In this document: one piece after another, positions 48,515 through 59,432 of the stretch
Layout of the letters: the number at the start of each line of letters is the position of its first letter
How positions within the stretch are numbered: the stretch's first letter is position 1
Assembly (NCBI GenBank): GCA_028281575.1
Contig: JANQJP010000030.1
Coordinates: forward strand, 67,401 to 131,400
Reading direction: 5' to 3'
Source: Cellvibrionaceae bacterium
GTDB lineage: Bacteria; Pseudomonadota; Gammaproteobacteria; Pseudomonadales; Cellvibrionaceae
DNA length: 64,000 nt
Position numbers and translations under genes: made by a program
Notes under the pieces: generated by a model
What the model saw: the letters and a program-made list of their open reading frames with translations, nothing else
Database searches by the model: none
What the model was told of the DNA's origin: nothing

Positions 48515-50938
48515 ATGGGTTTAATAAAAAAGATAGTAGTTGTATTGGCCCTAGTGGTGTTTGCTCTGTGGTCCCTTGTTTGGGTCGCATCACCTGCGGT
48601 TGCACGGTATTTTATCGGTGAGGCATTAGCTCCACAAAATATAAGCGTAGTAAATAAAAGTTCCTTCAGGCTCAATTTATTTCGTTCAAAAATTGTTGTG
48701 GACAACCTGGTCTTAATAAAGGATAACGAGCAGGTTTTACAGCTTGAGCGTTTGGAGTTGCGCTATAGTCTGGCTCGCTTTTTTTTTAGAGAAATCTATA
48801 TATCCAGTTTGAAAGTTGATGGCGTTGATATATCTGCAAGCCGTAAAGATGGTTTGATTAGTGTTGCAGGTTTTGATGCAGCAGATCAGCAGGCTTCAGA
48901 AAAACCACCTGCCGATGAAGAAAATAAAAAAGTTTTTTCTATCCCGATAAACGTTCAACTTGTTAAATTTGAAAACATCAAACTTGGTTTAATAGATGGT
49001 GAGCACAAGCACCGTGTTGTTATTAAAAATCTCACCTTAAAAAAAACAGCATTCGTGCATGATAAATTCAATACGATTATTGATGTCGCGTTAGATGCTA
49101 ACGGTGCTGATCTAAACTTAAATGGTGAGTTTCAATATAACGCCGGAAATGCCTCAACCAGATTGAATCTGGGGATTGCCGGGTTCGATCCGGGCCCATA
49201 TGCATATTTGCTTCCGTCGACGGTAGCGGCGGTTTCAGCAGACGTTACTTTAAAAATGAATACGTATGCTCGTTTGGAGGCGGGAACCTTAGCTATTTCT
49301 GATACGCTACTAGATTTAAATATCGCAGCACTGGATTATCAGGGAACTGCTGAGCATATCAGCGTGTCATCACTCGATATTAATCTCGATAATAGTGCAG
49401 CAACTATCGCAGGAGGTAAAGCGACGTTTGTCAGCGGTATGTCGGCGGCGTTAGAAGGCTTGGCCATCGACTATGTTAACCCGAAGGGCGAGAGAGAAGG
49501 TTCGCTGCTGGCAATGGACAGGTTCAGCTTTGATGACGCTACATTTGGTCTGAGCGGAGAACATCTTCAATTTTCGAGTGATCATTTGGGGCTCGATGGT
49601 ATTGCTTTTTCAACACGTGCAGGTGTCGAAGCGTCGGATGAGCGGCCTTCGCTGGTCCGCATTTCTTCTATGACAATAGATAACGTTGTGGCTTCTAATG
49701 ATGCTGTCAGTATTGGTGAAATCACACTGGGTAAAGTTCTGTCTCACGTGGTTGTTTCCAGTGATGGTCGATTGATGACGTTGGTGGCCGAAGGGCAAAA
49801 CGCGAATGCCAGCGGTGAACAGGGGTACTCCGACGCACGGGTTTCCCAGAATGCCTCCACGTCTGCGCATACCGTGTCTGATTCAACAGGTAGTTCGGAG
49901 TCTGAGCCTGCATTTAATATTGCCTTAGGTGCGTTTCAGCTTGATCAAGCTGCTGAAATACATATTCTCGATCATAGTGTTACCCCAAAATTTGAGCATC
50001 GCTTTTTTGTCGAACGTTTAACGTTGAAAAACGTTGATAGTAAAAATAAAAAACAGCGGGCCAAGTTTGCGCTTGATATAAATGACGGGGCGTATTTTTC
50101 CATGCAAAGTTCCGGTTCGATAAGGCCCTTTACGGCGCTTATGAATATGGAGGTAAATGCAAAAATTAAGGAATTTTCGTTGCATGAAATCTCACCTTAT
50201 GTCGAGCAAAGTCTCGCGTTCCAGGTAAAGTCTGGGCAACTCGATATGGATTTTGACGGCGTCGTTACAGATTCAATATTGGATGGTAAGGCGCAGGTCA
50301 CAATTCGTGGTTCCAAATTTTCTGCCGCTGATAAACAGGACGAACTCAATGTTATAGGCCAAACGGCAATACCGTTAAACGTTGCCTTAAATATGCTCAA
50401 AGACGGCGACGGAAATATTCATTTGACTGTTCCTGTCGATGGTGATGTCAATGATCCCAGTTTTGGCCTGCATTACCTGCTCGGCCTGGTTGTAAAAAAG
50501 GCCGTTATGAGCCAGACCAAAAAACACTTAGTGAATACATTTGTACCCTACGGCCAGGTGCTTAGCGTTGCCTTGTCGGCAGGCTCATTTGCACTTAAGG
50601 TTCGGTTTGAGGATTTGGACTACGAACTGCGTCAAACTGAGTTACGTGAAGCTCAACACATTTTCGCACAGCAATTTATTGCATTGATGAACAAGAAGGA
50701 GGACCTGCAGGTACGTCTGTGTCCTGTAGCCACATCTGCAGAAATTGGTTTAACTGCTGATCTGGTTTTGAGTAGTGAGCAGCTGAACGAACTGAATGCA
50801 ATCGCGCAGCAGCGGTCCGCGAATTTTAAGCGGTATGTGGTTGAGCACGGTGGTATTGAGTCATCCCGCTTGTTGATTTGCGCTCCTGAAATTGAGCGCA
50901 AACCGGATGCAGCACCGCGTTTAAAACTTGCGATATAA
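48515..50938 (+). CDS. AsmA-like / DUF748-family large envelope protein.
   Basis: Single N-terminal TM anchor followed by ~780 aa of beta-rich repetitive sequence. The call is by architecture only. Confidence 0.4.
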   Translation: MGLIKKIVVVLALVVFALWSLVWVASPAVARYFIGEALAPQNISVVNKSSFRLNLFRSKIVVDNLVLIKDNEQVLQLERLELRYSLARFFFREIYISSLKVDGVDISASRKDGLISVAGFDAADQQASEKPPADEENKKVFSIPINVQLVKFENIKLGLIDGEHKHRVVIKNLTLKKTAFVHDKFNTIIDVALDANGADLNLNGEFQYNAGNASTRLNLGIAGFDPGPYAYLLPSTVAAVSADVTLKMNTYARLEAGTLAISDTLLDLNIAALDYQGTAEHISVSSLDINLDNSAATIAGGKATFVSGMSAALEGLAIDYVNPKGEREGSLLAMDRFSFDDATFGLSGEHLQFSSDHLGLDGIAFSTRAGVEASDERPSLVRISSMTIDNVVASNDAVSIGEITLGKVLSHVVVSSDGRLMTLVAEGQNANASGEQGYSDARVSQNASTSAHTVSDSTGSSESEPAFNIALGAFQLDQAAEIHILDHSVTPKFEHRFFVERLTLKNVDSKNKKQRAKFALDINDGAYFSMQSSGSIRPFTALMNMEVNAKIKEFSLHEISPYVEQSLAFQVKSGQLDMDFDGVVTDSILDGKAQVTIRGSKFSAADKQDELNVIGQTAIPLNVALNMLKDGDGNIHLTVPVDGDVNDPSFGLHYLLGLVVKKAVMSQTKKHLVNTFVPYGQVLSVALSAGSFALKVRFEDLDYELRQTELREAQHIFAQQFIALMNKKEDLQVRLCPVATSAEIGLTADLVLSSEQLNELNAIAQQRSANFKRYVVEHGGIESSRLLICAPEIERKPDAAPRLKLAI

Positions 50939-51031
50939 ATACAGGCCCTAAATATAAAGGTGAACCAAACTCGTTCCGCTATTGACCGCGAGCCGCAATT
51001 GTCGAAGCAACGAGCATCAGTTTTAGTTCGC

Positions 51032-52540
51032 TTAATGTGGTGCAGTTAATTCTTCTAAAAGCTCGTTGTGGGGTTTGAAATTAGCCGAACAGCGCTTGAT
51101 AAAGTCGTCGATGTCCGCAAGGTTAAATCGTTTAACATCAGCTGTTGCAGCCTGTAATTGCTGACCCTCGGGGTAAATGCCATAACCTGAAAACAGACAG
51201 TACCAGGAGACAGCGGTATAAGACGTGGGAATTTTTTGTTTTTCGATCTCTTGACCCAGGTTCAAGCCACTGTACCAACAATGCAATATGGCTTTGAGCG
51301 ATTCTGAAATATTTTTGTTTTCGCCATTTGCACGCCAGTAATCGGTGTCGCTGCGGGAATTTAATATGTAGTGAGCGACAATGTAGTCCCGGATAGTTTC
51401 AAAACCTGAGTTGACGCGTTGATTGAATGCCGCCTGGTGCTTGTTACTAAATTCTCCAGCTTCATATGAATGAATAAAATCGTCTATCGTGTTGGCAACG
51501 AGGTTCAGTGCCGTTGCTTCGAGCGGTTCGATAAACCCCTGGGACAGCCCTATGGCGACACAGTTGCGATACCAGTGGTGCGCTACCCGGCCAACCTTCA
51601 AGCGTAAATGGCGCGCTTCTTCCTCGCTGTCGAGTAGACCTAAGTGGGTTCTTAACTCCTTTTCGGCCTGATCTTTATCGCAAAAAGATGAACTGTAGAC
51701 ATAGCCATTTCCGGTGCGGTTTTGCAGTGGAATATTCCACGCCCAGCCGGCTTTTAATGCCGTTGAAAGGGTTTGCGAGTTCAATTGTTCTTGCGCGGGC
51801 GTCGGCAGTACCACTGCCGCGTCATTAAAGAGATTATTGTCGAAGCTGATAAAGGGAACTTTCAGCGTGTTTTGAATGAGTTCGCCACGAAAGCCGCTAC
51901 AATCAACAAAAAAGTCGCCATTAACATACGCTGAGGTTTCCAGTTCCAAGCCCGCGATATCACCATTTTCGTGCTGTTTCACTTGTGTTACACGCGCATC
52001 AATATGTCTGACTCCGCGTTTTATTGCAGCCTCTCGCAGAAAGTTTCCTAAAAGGTGCGAGTCAAAGTGATAGCCGTAGTCGACTTCGAAAGGAAAGTTG
52101 TAGTCGGGAATAGGGCCGAGTTTTTTTTCGGAAAGATAGGCTGTCAAAAAATACCTGTTGGGATGGGCGTGAACATCAAAACCCTTCCGTCGGGCAAAGC
52201 TATTATAAAAAAATGCGGATTGTGTCTTTCTGTCGGTATATGAGATAAACGGATGGAAATAGCTTTCAAACCCAGGTTTATGCGACCAGTCGATGAATGA
52301 GATACCGTTTTTATAGCTGGCATTGCAGCGTGGCATCCACTCAGACTCTGCGATGCCCAGCGTATCAAAAAACTGTTTCAAGCGAGGCGTAGAACCTTCT
52401 CCCACGCCGATGATCCCTATTTCTGAGGATTCTATTAGCGTAATGTCAATCTTTTCTTTCGACCATTTGCTCGCCATAGCGTTTGCCGCCATCCATCCGG
52501 CTGTGCCCCCGCCAAAAATGACTACTTGTTGTTTTTTCAT
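51032..52540 (-). CDS. Tryptophan-halogenase-family FAD-dependent protein.
   Basis: N-terminal GGGTAGW dinucleotide-binding motif, IGVGEGSTP, and the WxWxIP-like region (GWAWNIPL). Confidence 0.8.
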   Translation of the reverse strand: MKKQQVVIFGGGTAGWMAANAMASKWSKEKIDITLIESSEIGIIGVGEGSTPRLKQFFDTLGIAESEWMPRCNASYKNGISFIDWSHKPGFESYFHPFISYTDRKTQSAFFYNSFARRKGFDVHAHPNRYFLTAYLSEKKLGPIPDYNFPFEVDYGYHFDSHLLGNFLREAAIKRGVRHIDARVTQVKQHENGDIAGLELETSAYVNGDFFVDCSGFRGELIQNTLKVPFISFDNNLFNDAAVVLPTPAQEQLNSQTLSTALKAGWAWNIPLQNRTGNGYVYSSSFCDKDQAEKELRTHLGLLDSEEEARHLRLKVGRVAHHWYRNCVAIGLSQGFIEPLEATALNLVANTIDDFIHSYEAGEFSNKHQAAFNQRVNSGFETIRDYIVAHYILNSRSDTDYWRANGENKNISESLKAILHCWYSGLNLGQEIEKQKIPTSYTAVSWYCLFSGYGIYPEGQQLQAATADVKRFNLADIDDFIKRCSANFKPHNELLEELTAPH

Positions 52541-52731
52541 CTGAGTTTTTACTTCCAGTATTGGAATTACGGTGCTCGAAAAGTTTCTTTTGTGTATCTG
52601 CTATTTGTTGGCTGAACGATAGAGAATATACACCTGGTTCGGTAAAAGCTAGATTTGGGTATGTTGTGCAGGCTTGTTAGTAATAGGGTGTATAGGATTT
52701 AGTTTTTTTGTTATGTGAAGCCATAAGGGGC

Positions 52732-53122
52732 TGCATACGTATGCATTTTGTCTGCCTTTCTAAAAGGCGCGTTCGATTTCTCTTTTTTGGTGATATTATG
52801 GAAATCGTTTTCACGTGTTTCTATTTTGCAGATTTGCTTAAACTTTTGCTCAATTAACTCAGTTAGAGCGTTCCTTTTTTATTCGTAAAAGCTTTCAAAG
52901 CTGCCTCCATACTTTCGTATATTTTGATGAATACGTATTCAAGTTTGTGATAATTTTTTTAGCCTGCTACTTTTTATTTCCCGTGTTTTATTTGTTTTTT
53001 TATTTTTCGTTAAGTTTTTGTTTTTATTGAAAAAAAACAAATAAGTCGGTATTTTTTTAAAATAAAAAAATATGGAAAATTTTCTCTACAAAAAATGTCT
53101 CGCGTAAATGCATACGTATGCA
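52732..53122. promoter_or_regulatory. Two copies of the 14-bp perfect palindrome tgcatacgtatgca in the AT-rich region upstream of the TonB-dependent receptor gene.
   Basis: Copies at 52732–52745 and 53109–53122 in a 790-bp intergenic region. Confidence 0.5.
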
Positions 53123-53332
53123 CTTTGTATTATTTTTTTGTCTTCCTGGTTTTTGTTGTTTTTGCGATGAAACTGCATTAAAAATACGCTTGCACGTGCA
53201 GGCAAATTAATAATAGAGTGCCGCACCTGGTGGCGGGCTCGGCCGACGTAGTATTAAAAAATTAAATAAAAGTTTTTTTCTTAAGAACGAATTATTCACA
53301 ATAATCTAAATAAGTACGATGGGAGCACATTC

Positions 53333-56257
53333 ATGAAAAAATCTTACTTGTCGCAATGCGTGGCAGCGATCACTGCAGTGACTGCAACTTCGCTGGCAGC
53401 GACTACTGTTCAAGCGCAGGAAACTGAGGTCGATCCGAACGAAGAAGTCATGGTTGTTGCTGGCTTTCGTAGTTCGATACTTAATTCAATTGATGTTAAG
53501 CGCAATGCAGACACGATTGTTGAAGCTGTCGATGCGGGTGATATGGCTTCGCTGCCAGATGCATCAATTGCTGATTCACTTGGTCGTCTGCCAGGCGTAA
53601 CAACTGTCCGTGATTCGGGGCAATCGTCACAGTTAAACATCCGGGGTATGAACGGTGACTTTATTCAAACGACGCTAAACGGTCGTGAACAGGCGACAAC
53701 ATCAGCGGAAACAGAAAGCAGCCGCTGGATGGCCTTTGATCAATATCCCGCGGAGCTCATTACTCAAGCTGCGGTTTATAAATCGCCAAAAGCTTCGTTA
53801 ATCGAAGGTGGCGTTGCCGGTTCGGTTGAACTCAAGACGATTAACCCGCTTGAACAGGAAAAAGAACACACTTTTACCATTAATACGCGTTATTCCTATA
53901 ACGACCGCGCTGCAGATGTCGGCGCAGATGAAAACGGCAATCGTTTTACTGCGTCATACTCAGGCAAGTTTTTAGAAGATACGCTCGGTTTTAGCATCGG
54001 TTATTCTCACCTTGAGCAACCCAACAGTTTTATTCGTGGTCGCGCATCTGCAGATGACCAGCTTGGCTACGCAGCAGTAAATGTTGGCAGTGAAACCATA
54101 CAGGTACCTCGGGCCTACCAATTCCAAGCGGGTTCGGGTAAAGACACACGCGATAGTTTAGCCTCGACAATTGTTTGGGAACCCAGCGACAGCTTGTCAA
54201 TTAAAGCGGATTACTTTGCCACTGAATTTGAATCTGAAGATATTCGCCACGGTGTTGTCATAGGTAGTCTTACTACTGCTCCGGCGGGGTTTGACGTAGA
54301 CCCTGCAAATATCGGTTCCGATGGCGTATTTCAGGAATTTGGATTTACGATTAATGACCCTCATTTTGATAGCAAACAAGCGCCCTGGATTGAATCGCGC
54401 ACTGAAGACCAATCGACTCAGGCGGATTCTACCGCGTTCGGTTTGAATGTTGAGTGGGCAATTAATGACGCTGCGACATTAACCTTCGATTACTCCGACA
54501 GCACCGGTGAAAAAACGCGTAGAGACCGTTTGGCCACCATGCACGCTTATGATAATTACAATGAAGGTGACCCAACATGGAGCGAGCGCGCTAACCAGGG
54601 CTTTAACTTTGTTGGCAATGGCGACGAAATTCCAACCGTAACGTTGACGAACGGTTTGGATTTAGCTGATTTTGAGCAAATGCGTCTCGGTCGCTATGAG
54701 GAATATCCGCATCTTTATACTGATGACGTAACAAGTTTCCGTGTCGACTTTAAATATGAGTTGGACGCACCGGTTATCTCATCTATTGAAGTAGGTATCC
54801 GCCAATCCGAGCGTATTTTTGATTCCGAGCGCGGTACTTTCCTTTGGGGAAGCCGGGACGGTGTCTTTAATAACGCTTCCGGTGAGTGGTGTGATGACAA
54901 CGTATCGGGCGGTGGTGATGAAACCAGCCCGAATTACGTTGAATGTTCGCCAGTTCGCATAGACGATTTTGCCTCCGTAGGCTCTACCGAAGGCGCGCCT
55001 GATCACTTAGTGGTTGATATCAACGGTTTGGCCGATTCAATCTTTGGTCCCGGTAATTACGACGGTGTTAAGCTTTGGAGCCGCGATTGGACTTTTGTTG
55101 AGTCAGGTGAACTCGAAGAAGAGACATTTGCCTATTACTTGATGGCCAATATCTCGACAGAGATTGGCAATATTCCTGTCACTGGTAACGTCGGTGTGCG
55201 TGTTGTTGAGAGCGATGTAAAAGCGCGCGGTGTAGCGTTTGTCGGTAATAACGCAGGTGACGTAATCACCGATGGCGTTGGGGTGACCAACGACAACTAC
55301 GCTTTCCTTGAAATTGGTCCTGAATTCACCGATACCTTGCCGTCATTAAACCTGAGCTTCGAACTAACCGAAAACGATTATTTACGTTTTGCAGCAGCGA
55401 AGGTGATGGCGCGTCCTCCTGTGGGTCAGATGAAAGGCGGTGCCGGCGGTTGGTTTGATAACACCGGCGATCTCAATGGTGATGGTGATACGGATGACGA
55501 AGGCGAAGGCTTACCTCGCTACAATGTTTGGACCAAAGGTACGCCATTCCTCGATCCTTTCCGCGCCGATCAGATCGATATCTCGTACGAACATTATTTT
55601 GAAGACGAAGGTGCTTTCTCAATCGCGTTGTTCTACAAAGATATTGAAACCTTGGTGCAAGCGAAAAATTATGCGCCTGGCGAAGTTGATTTTACGACTT
55701 TGGGTTTCCAAATTCCCGAATCGGCGCCTGCTGACACTGTGACGGGTGCATTCAATACTTTCGAAAACTCTGAAGGTGGTTATATTCAGGGTATTGAAAT
55801 CGCAGGTACGAAAACCTTTACTAATCTGCCGGGTATTTTCGGTGGTTTGGGTGCGAGCGCGAGTTACTCTTACACGGAAAGTCAAACTGGAGTTACGGGT
55901 GGAGTCTTTGCAGATGAAGGAGAAGATTTGAGTTTGCCGGGCCTCTCTGAAAATGTGTGGAGTGCCACAGGTTTCTGGGACATCGGCAACTTTAGTACCC
56001 ACTTGAATGTGCGTTCGCGCGACGAGTATGTGTTGAATCTGGCTATTCCGGGAAGCACAACGCCGGTACTTGCAAAAGAATACACCACGGTTGATTGGCA
56101 GATGTCCTATTCATTCGATATGGGTATCGAACTCGTACTCCAGGCGAACAATTTAACGGACGAAGCCAATAAGCAGGACTATGGTGTGAGCTCTGCGCTG
56201 GGTGAATTCAACCAGTACGGTCGTCAGTTCTACGTCGGTTTGAATTACACGTTCTAA
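53333..56257 (+). CDS. TonB-dependent outer-membrane receptor.
   Basis: Signal peptide, plug domain (DASIADSLGRLPGV), 22-strand barrel region and a terminal aromatic residue (...YTF). Confidence 0.9.
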   Translation: MKKSYLSQCVAAITAVTATSLAATTVQAQETEVDPNEEVMVVAGFRSSILNSIDVKRNADTIVEAVDAGDMASLPDASIADSLGRLPGVTTVRDSGQSSQLNIRGMNGDFIQTTLNGREQATTSAETESSRWMAFDQYPAELITQAAVYKSPKASLIEGGVAGSVELKTINPLEQEKEHTFTINTRYSYNDRAADVGADENGNRFTASYSGKFLEDTLGFSIGYSHLEQPNSFIRGRASADDQLGYAAVNVGSETIQVPRAYQFQAGSGKDTRDSLASTIVWEPSDSLSIKADYFATEFESEDIRHGVVIGSLTTAPAGFDVDPANIGSDGVFQEFGFTINDPHFDSKQAPWIESRTEDQSTQADSTAFGLNVEWAINDAATLTFDYSDSTGEKTRRDRLATMHAYDNYNEGDPTWSERANQGFNFVGNGDEIPTVTLTNGLDLADFEQMRLGRYEEYPHLYTDDVTSFRVDFKYELDAPVISSIEVGIRQSERIFDSERGTFLWGSRDGVFNNASGEWCDDNVSGGGDETSPNYVECSPVRIDDFASVGSTEGAPDHLVVDINGLADSIFGPGNYDGVKLWSRDWTFVESGELEEETFAYYLMANISTEIGNIPVTGNVGVRVVESDVKARGVAFVGNNAGDVITDGVGVTNDNYAFLEIGPEFTDTLPSLNLSFELTENDYLRFAAAKVMARPPVGQMKGGAGGWFDNTGDLNGDGDTDDEGEGLPRYNVWTKGTPFLDPFRADQIDISYEHYFEDEGAFSIALFYKDIETLVQAKNYAPGEVDFTTLGFQIPESAPADTVTGAFNTFENSEGGYIQGIEIAGTKTFTNLPGIFGGLGASASYSYTESQTGVTGGVFADEGEDLSLPGLSENVWSATGFWDIGNFSTHLNVRSRDEYVLNLAIPGSTTPVLAKEYTTVDWQMSYSFDMGIELVLQANNLTDEANKQDYGVSSALGEFNQYGRQFYVGLNYTF

Positions 56258-56382
56258 GCACAAATTCCTAGGCTTGTTTCTGGGAATATCCTTGACACCG
56301 CCCGCGCACCTGTGAGTTGCGGGCGGTTTTTTTTTAAATGTATTGGTGTAATATTCCAACAAAATAAACTGAGAGATGTCGT

Positions 56383-57897
56383 ATGAGCAGTGGCAATAAA
56401 CGAGTCGTAATTTTGGGCGGCGGCACTGCTGGCTGGATTGCGGCGAACCTAATGGCGAAACACTGGGAGCAAGCAGGTTTCGATATTACCTTGGTCGAAT
56501 CTCCAAATATCGGCATCATTGGTGTTGGTGAAGGCTCGACGCCTCCGCTAAAAGAGTTTATGGATGTTATCGATGTTAAGGAAGAAGAGTGGATGCACGA
56601 GTGCAATGCCACTTACAAGGTGGGCATTCGTTTTAACGACTGGTCGGTAAAACCAGGATTTAATACGTATTTTCATCCGTTTTATTCCAAGTGTGACGAC
56701 CACACCATCCCCGCTTTTTTTCACAACAGTTTTTTAATTCGTAAAGGTGTTGATCTCGAAGGTCTTCCCGATCATTTCTTTTTAGGCGCGCAGCTCGCAG
56801 AAAAAAAACTGGCGCCGTTGCCTCCGGAAAATTTTCCGTTTGAAACCAGTTATGGCTATCACTTCGATTCTGGTTTACTCGGCAAATTTTTGGCGAAAGT
56901 TGCAGCGAGACGTGGCGTTAAATACGTGCAAGCGACGGTTAATCAGGTTTTGCTTGATGACGTCGGCAACGTTGATTGTTTAAAAACGGAAGAGGGCGAA
57001 ACAATCAAAGCCGATTTGTATGTCGATTCTACTGGTTTTAAAGGCCAGATAATGCAGCAGACCTTAAAGGTGCCATTTTTGGATTTCGGTCAAAGTCTTT
57101 TTAACGACGCTGCCGTCGTGTTACCAACGCCTCAGGGAGATAACCCTCGCTGTCAGACAACATCCACGGCGATGAAATATGGTTGGCGCTGGGATATTCC
57201 TCTCACGCATAGGGTCGGTAACGGCTACGTATACAGCTCGCGTTTTTGCGATGCTGATAAAGCGGAAACTGAACTGAGGGAAACCTTGGGTTTGCTCGAT
57301 TCAGATGTTGAAGCCCGGCATTTGAAATTTAAAGTTGGCCGCGTTGAAAATCATTGGGTGAAGAATTGTCTTGCCGTTGGGCTTTCGCAGGGATTTATTG
57401 AACCTCTCGAAGCAACGGCACTCGACATGGTGCAAGAGACCGTTGTGCGTTTTATCGAAGCGTACAATAAAGGGGACTATAGCCAAGCGGATCGCGATGC
57501 CTTTAACGAAAGAATCAGTGGTCGCTTTGATGCGGTGAGAGATTATATTGTTGCTCACTTTAGAATTGTCTCGCGTACCGATACAGATTATTGGCGCGCT
57601 TGCGGCAGCAATGAAAAAATTTCTGATTCGCTTAGGCAAATTTTAACTTCTTGGGTGCAGGGCAGGAATATTACGCAGGAATTGGAAAGCCAAAAACTCG
57701 ACGTGTATTTCCCCAATATTTCCTGGAACTGTTTGCTTACAGGCAAGGGTATTTATCCCGAAAAATCTCAATTGCGCCCCGGCAATGAAAAAGCACATAA
57801 ATATAAGATGGCGGATATCAAGAAGTTTATTCACGGTTGCAGCTTAAATTATCCATCGCACAAAGCCCGATTAGCTGAATTGGCGAAAGCTTCGTAA
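56383..57897 (+). CDS. Tryptophan-halogenase-family FAD-dependent protein (second paralogue).
   Basis: GGGTAGW, IGVGEGSTP and GWRWDIPL motifs. About 45% identical to the protein at 51032. Confidence 0.8.
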   Translation: MSSGNKRVVILGGGTAGWIAANLMAKHWEQAGFDITLVESPNIGIIGVGEGSTPPLKEFMDVIDVKEEEWMHECNATYKVGIRFNDWSVKPGFNTYFHPFYSKCDDHTIPAFFHNSFLIRKGVDLEGLPDHFFLGAQLAEKKLAPLPPENFPFETSYGYHFDSGLLGKFLAKVAARRGVKYVQATVNQVLLDDVGNVDCLKTEEGETIKADLYVDSTGFKGQIMQQTLKVPFLDFGQSLFNDAAVVLPTPQGDNPRCQTTSTAMKYGWRWDIPLTHRVGNGYVYSSRFCDADKAETELRETLGLLDSDVEARHLKFKVGRVENHWVKNCLAVGLSQGFIEPLEATALDMVQETVVRFIEAYNKGDYSQADRDAFNERISGRFDAVRDYIVAHFRIVSRTDTDYWRACGSNEKISDSLRQILTSWVQGRNITQELESQKLDVYFPNISWNCLLTGKGIYPEKSQLRPGNEKAHKYKMADIKKFIHGCSLNYPSHKARLAELAKAS

Positions 57898-57912
57898 AAG
57901 CCAACGTCAACT

Positions 57913-58581
57913 TTAGTCGATTGCCAGAGAAGCGATTACGCGATCTATCACCGGTTCGAGGTCACTCAATGATTTTCCACCGCGCGTTAATGCCGCTGTT
58001 CCGTGCAAGAATGTGACAATAAATAGTGCAAGTTCGCCTGGACTCTGTTTGCGATCAATGTGCTGAAGCGCGATCTCGTTCTTGAAAAAATCACGCAGAT
58101 AGTATTCCGAAAAATCGCGGGCTTCTTCAATTACTGACATGGCTTTTGAAGGTATTGTTTCGCCAGCCGATTCCGATACGCATAGCGAGATGTAGCAGCC
58201 TCGCGGTTGCTCCGGTGCACACTGCACGGCGAGTACCGACATCAAATAATTCTTGAGCCGTTGTTGCAGTGGTACGCCCTGTTCGTGTAAATGACGGATA
58301 TGGGCTTGCGCGTAATTGTGCAGATAATATTCCGTCGCTTGAATAAACAGCTGCTCTTTGTTGCCAAAGGTCGCATACATGCTCGGTTTGTTAATGCCCA
58401 TGGCGTCCGTTAGCTCCGAGAGCGCCGCGCCGACGTAGCCTTTTTTCCAAAAGACCCGCATGGCGGCGTCAAGTGCTTCGCGTTTGTCAAATTCGCGCTG
58501 TCGGCCACCGGCCATAGTTGCTCCAAAAAAACTGGCAGAAGTAATTGACAGAATTGTACCTGTCGGTACAATATACCGCAA
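57913..58581 (-). CDS. TetR/AcrR-family transcriptional regulator.
   Basis: N-terminal TetR HTH (ALDAAMRVFWKKGYVGAALSELTDAMGINKPSMYATFGNKEQLF). Confidence 0.8.
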   Translation of the reverse strand: MRYIVPTGTILSITSASFFGATMAGGRQREFDKREALDAAMRVFWKKGYVGAALSELTDAMGINKPSMYATFGNKEQLFIQATEYYLHNYAQAHIRHLHEQGVPLQQRLKNYLMSVLAVQCAPEQPRGCYISLCVSESAGETIPSKAMSVIEEARDFSEYYLRDFFKNEIALQHIDRKQSPGELALFIVTFLHGTAALTRGGKSLSDLEPVIDRVIASLAID

Positions 58582-58639
58582 ATGTACCGATCGGTATAGA
58601 CTTTAACCCCCCATCCCTAATCCCGATAAGGAGAGCAGT

Positions 58640-59383
58640 ATGAGTGTTGATGTAAGTAACAAAGTCACCTTGGTTACCGGTGCAAACCGCGGTATTGGCA
58701 AGGCCATCGTAGAGTCATTTATTGAACATGGCGCCAAAAAGGTGTATCTCGCAGTGAGAAACCCCGAATCCACCACAGCATTGGCTGAAAAATATGGTGA
58801 CAAAGTCGTTACGCTACAGGCAGATGTATCTGATAAGGCTTCAATTGATGCGTTAGCAGCGAGTGCGGCGGATGTTCAAATTGTTGTTAATAATGCAGGG
58901 GTACTCGAGGCCGCAGATCCGTTAAGTGAGCATGTGGAAGAGGCCTTTAATCGAGAACTAAATGTAAATACCTTCGGCCTTATTCGAATGGCGCAGGCGT
59001 TTACGCCAATATTAGAGGCAAATCGTGATGGTGCTTTTGTTCAGCTCAACTCAGTTGCTTCCATTAAAAGTTTTTCTGCTTTTGCGACTTACTCTGCTTC
59101 TAAGGCCGCTTCTTATTCAATTACTCAGGCCTTAAGAGAATTACTTTTACCAAAAGGTATTCATGTGCTCAGTGTCCATCCCGGACCCATTGCTACTGAT
59201 ATGGCGGACAGTGCTGGCTTGCAGGAAATGGCGGAACCGACGACGCTGGTTTCTGAAGGAATTGTGTCCGCACTCAAAGCCGCACAGTTCCATCTATTTC
59301 CTGATACGATGGCGAAACAATTTGAAGAAGCTTACAAGCACTATGCCGAGAGCTTCGTTGAGGCCGACTTAATGGAGGCATAG
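58640..59383 (+). CDS. Short-chain dehydrogenase/reductase (SDR).
   Basis: TGANRGIGKA cofactor-binding motif and YSASK catalytic motif. Divergent from the TetR gene. Confidence 0.8.
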   Translation: MSVDVSNKVTLVTGANRGIGKAIVESFIEHGAKKVYLAVRNPESTTALAEKYGDKVVTLQADVSDKASIDALAASAADVQIVVNNAGVLEAADPLSEHVEEAFNRELNVNTFGLIRMAQAFTPILEANRDGAFVQLNSVASIKSFSAFATYSASKAASYSITQALRELLLPKGIHVLSVHPGPIATDMADSAGLQEMAEPTTLVSEGIVSALKAAQFHLFPDTMAKQFEEAYKHYAESFVEADLMEA

Positions 59384-59432
59384 CGTCGCCAGACTTTTGT
59401 TGAGGTTTAAGGGTATCGACCGATACCCTTTT

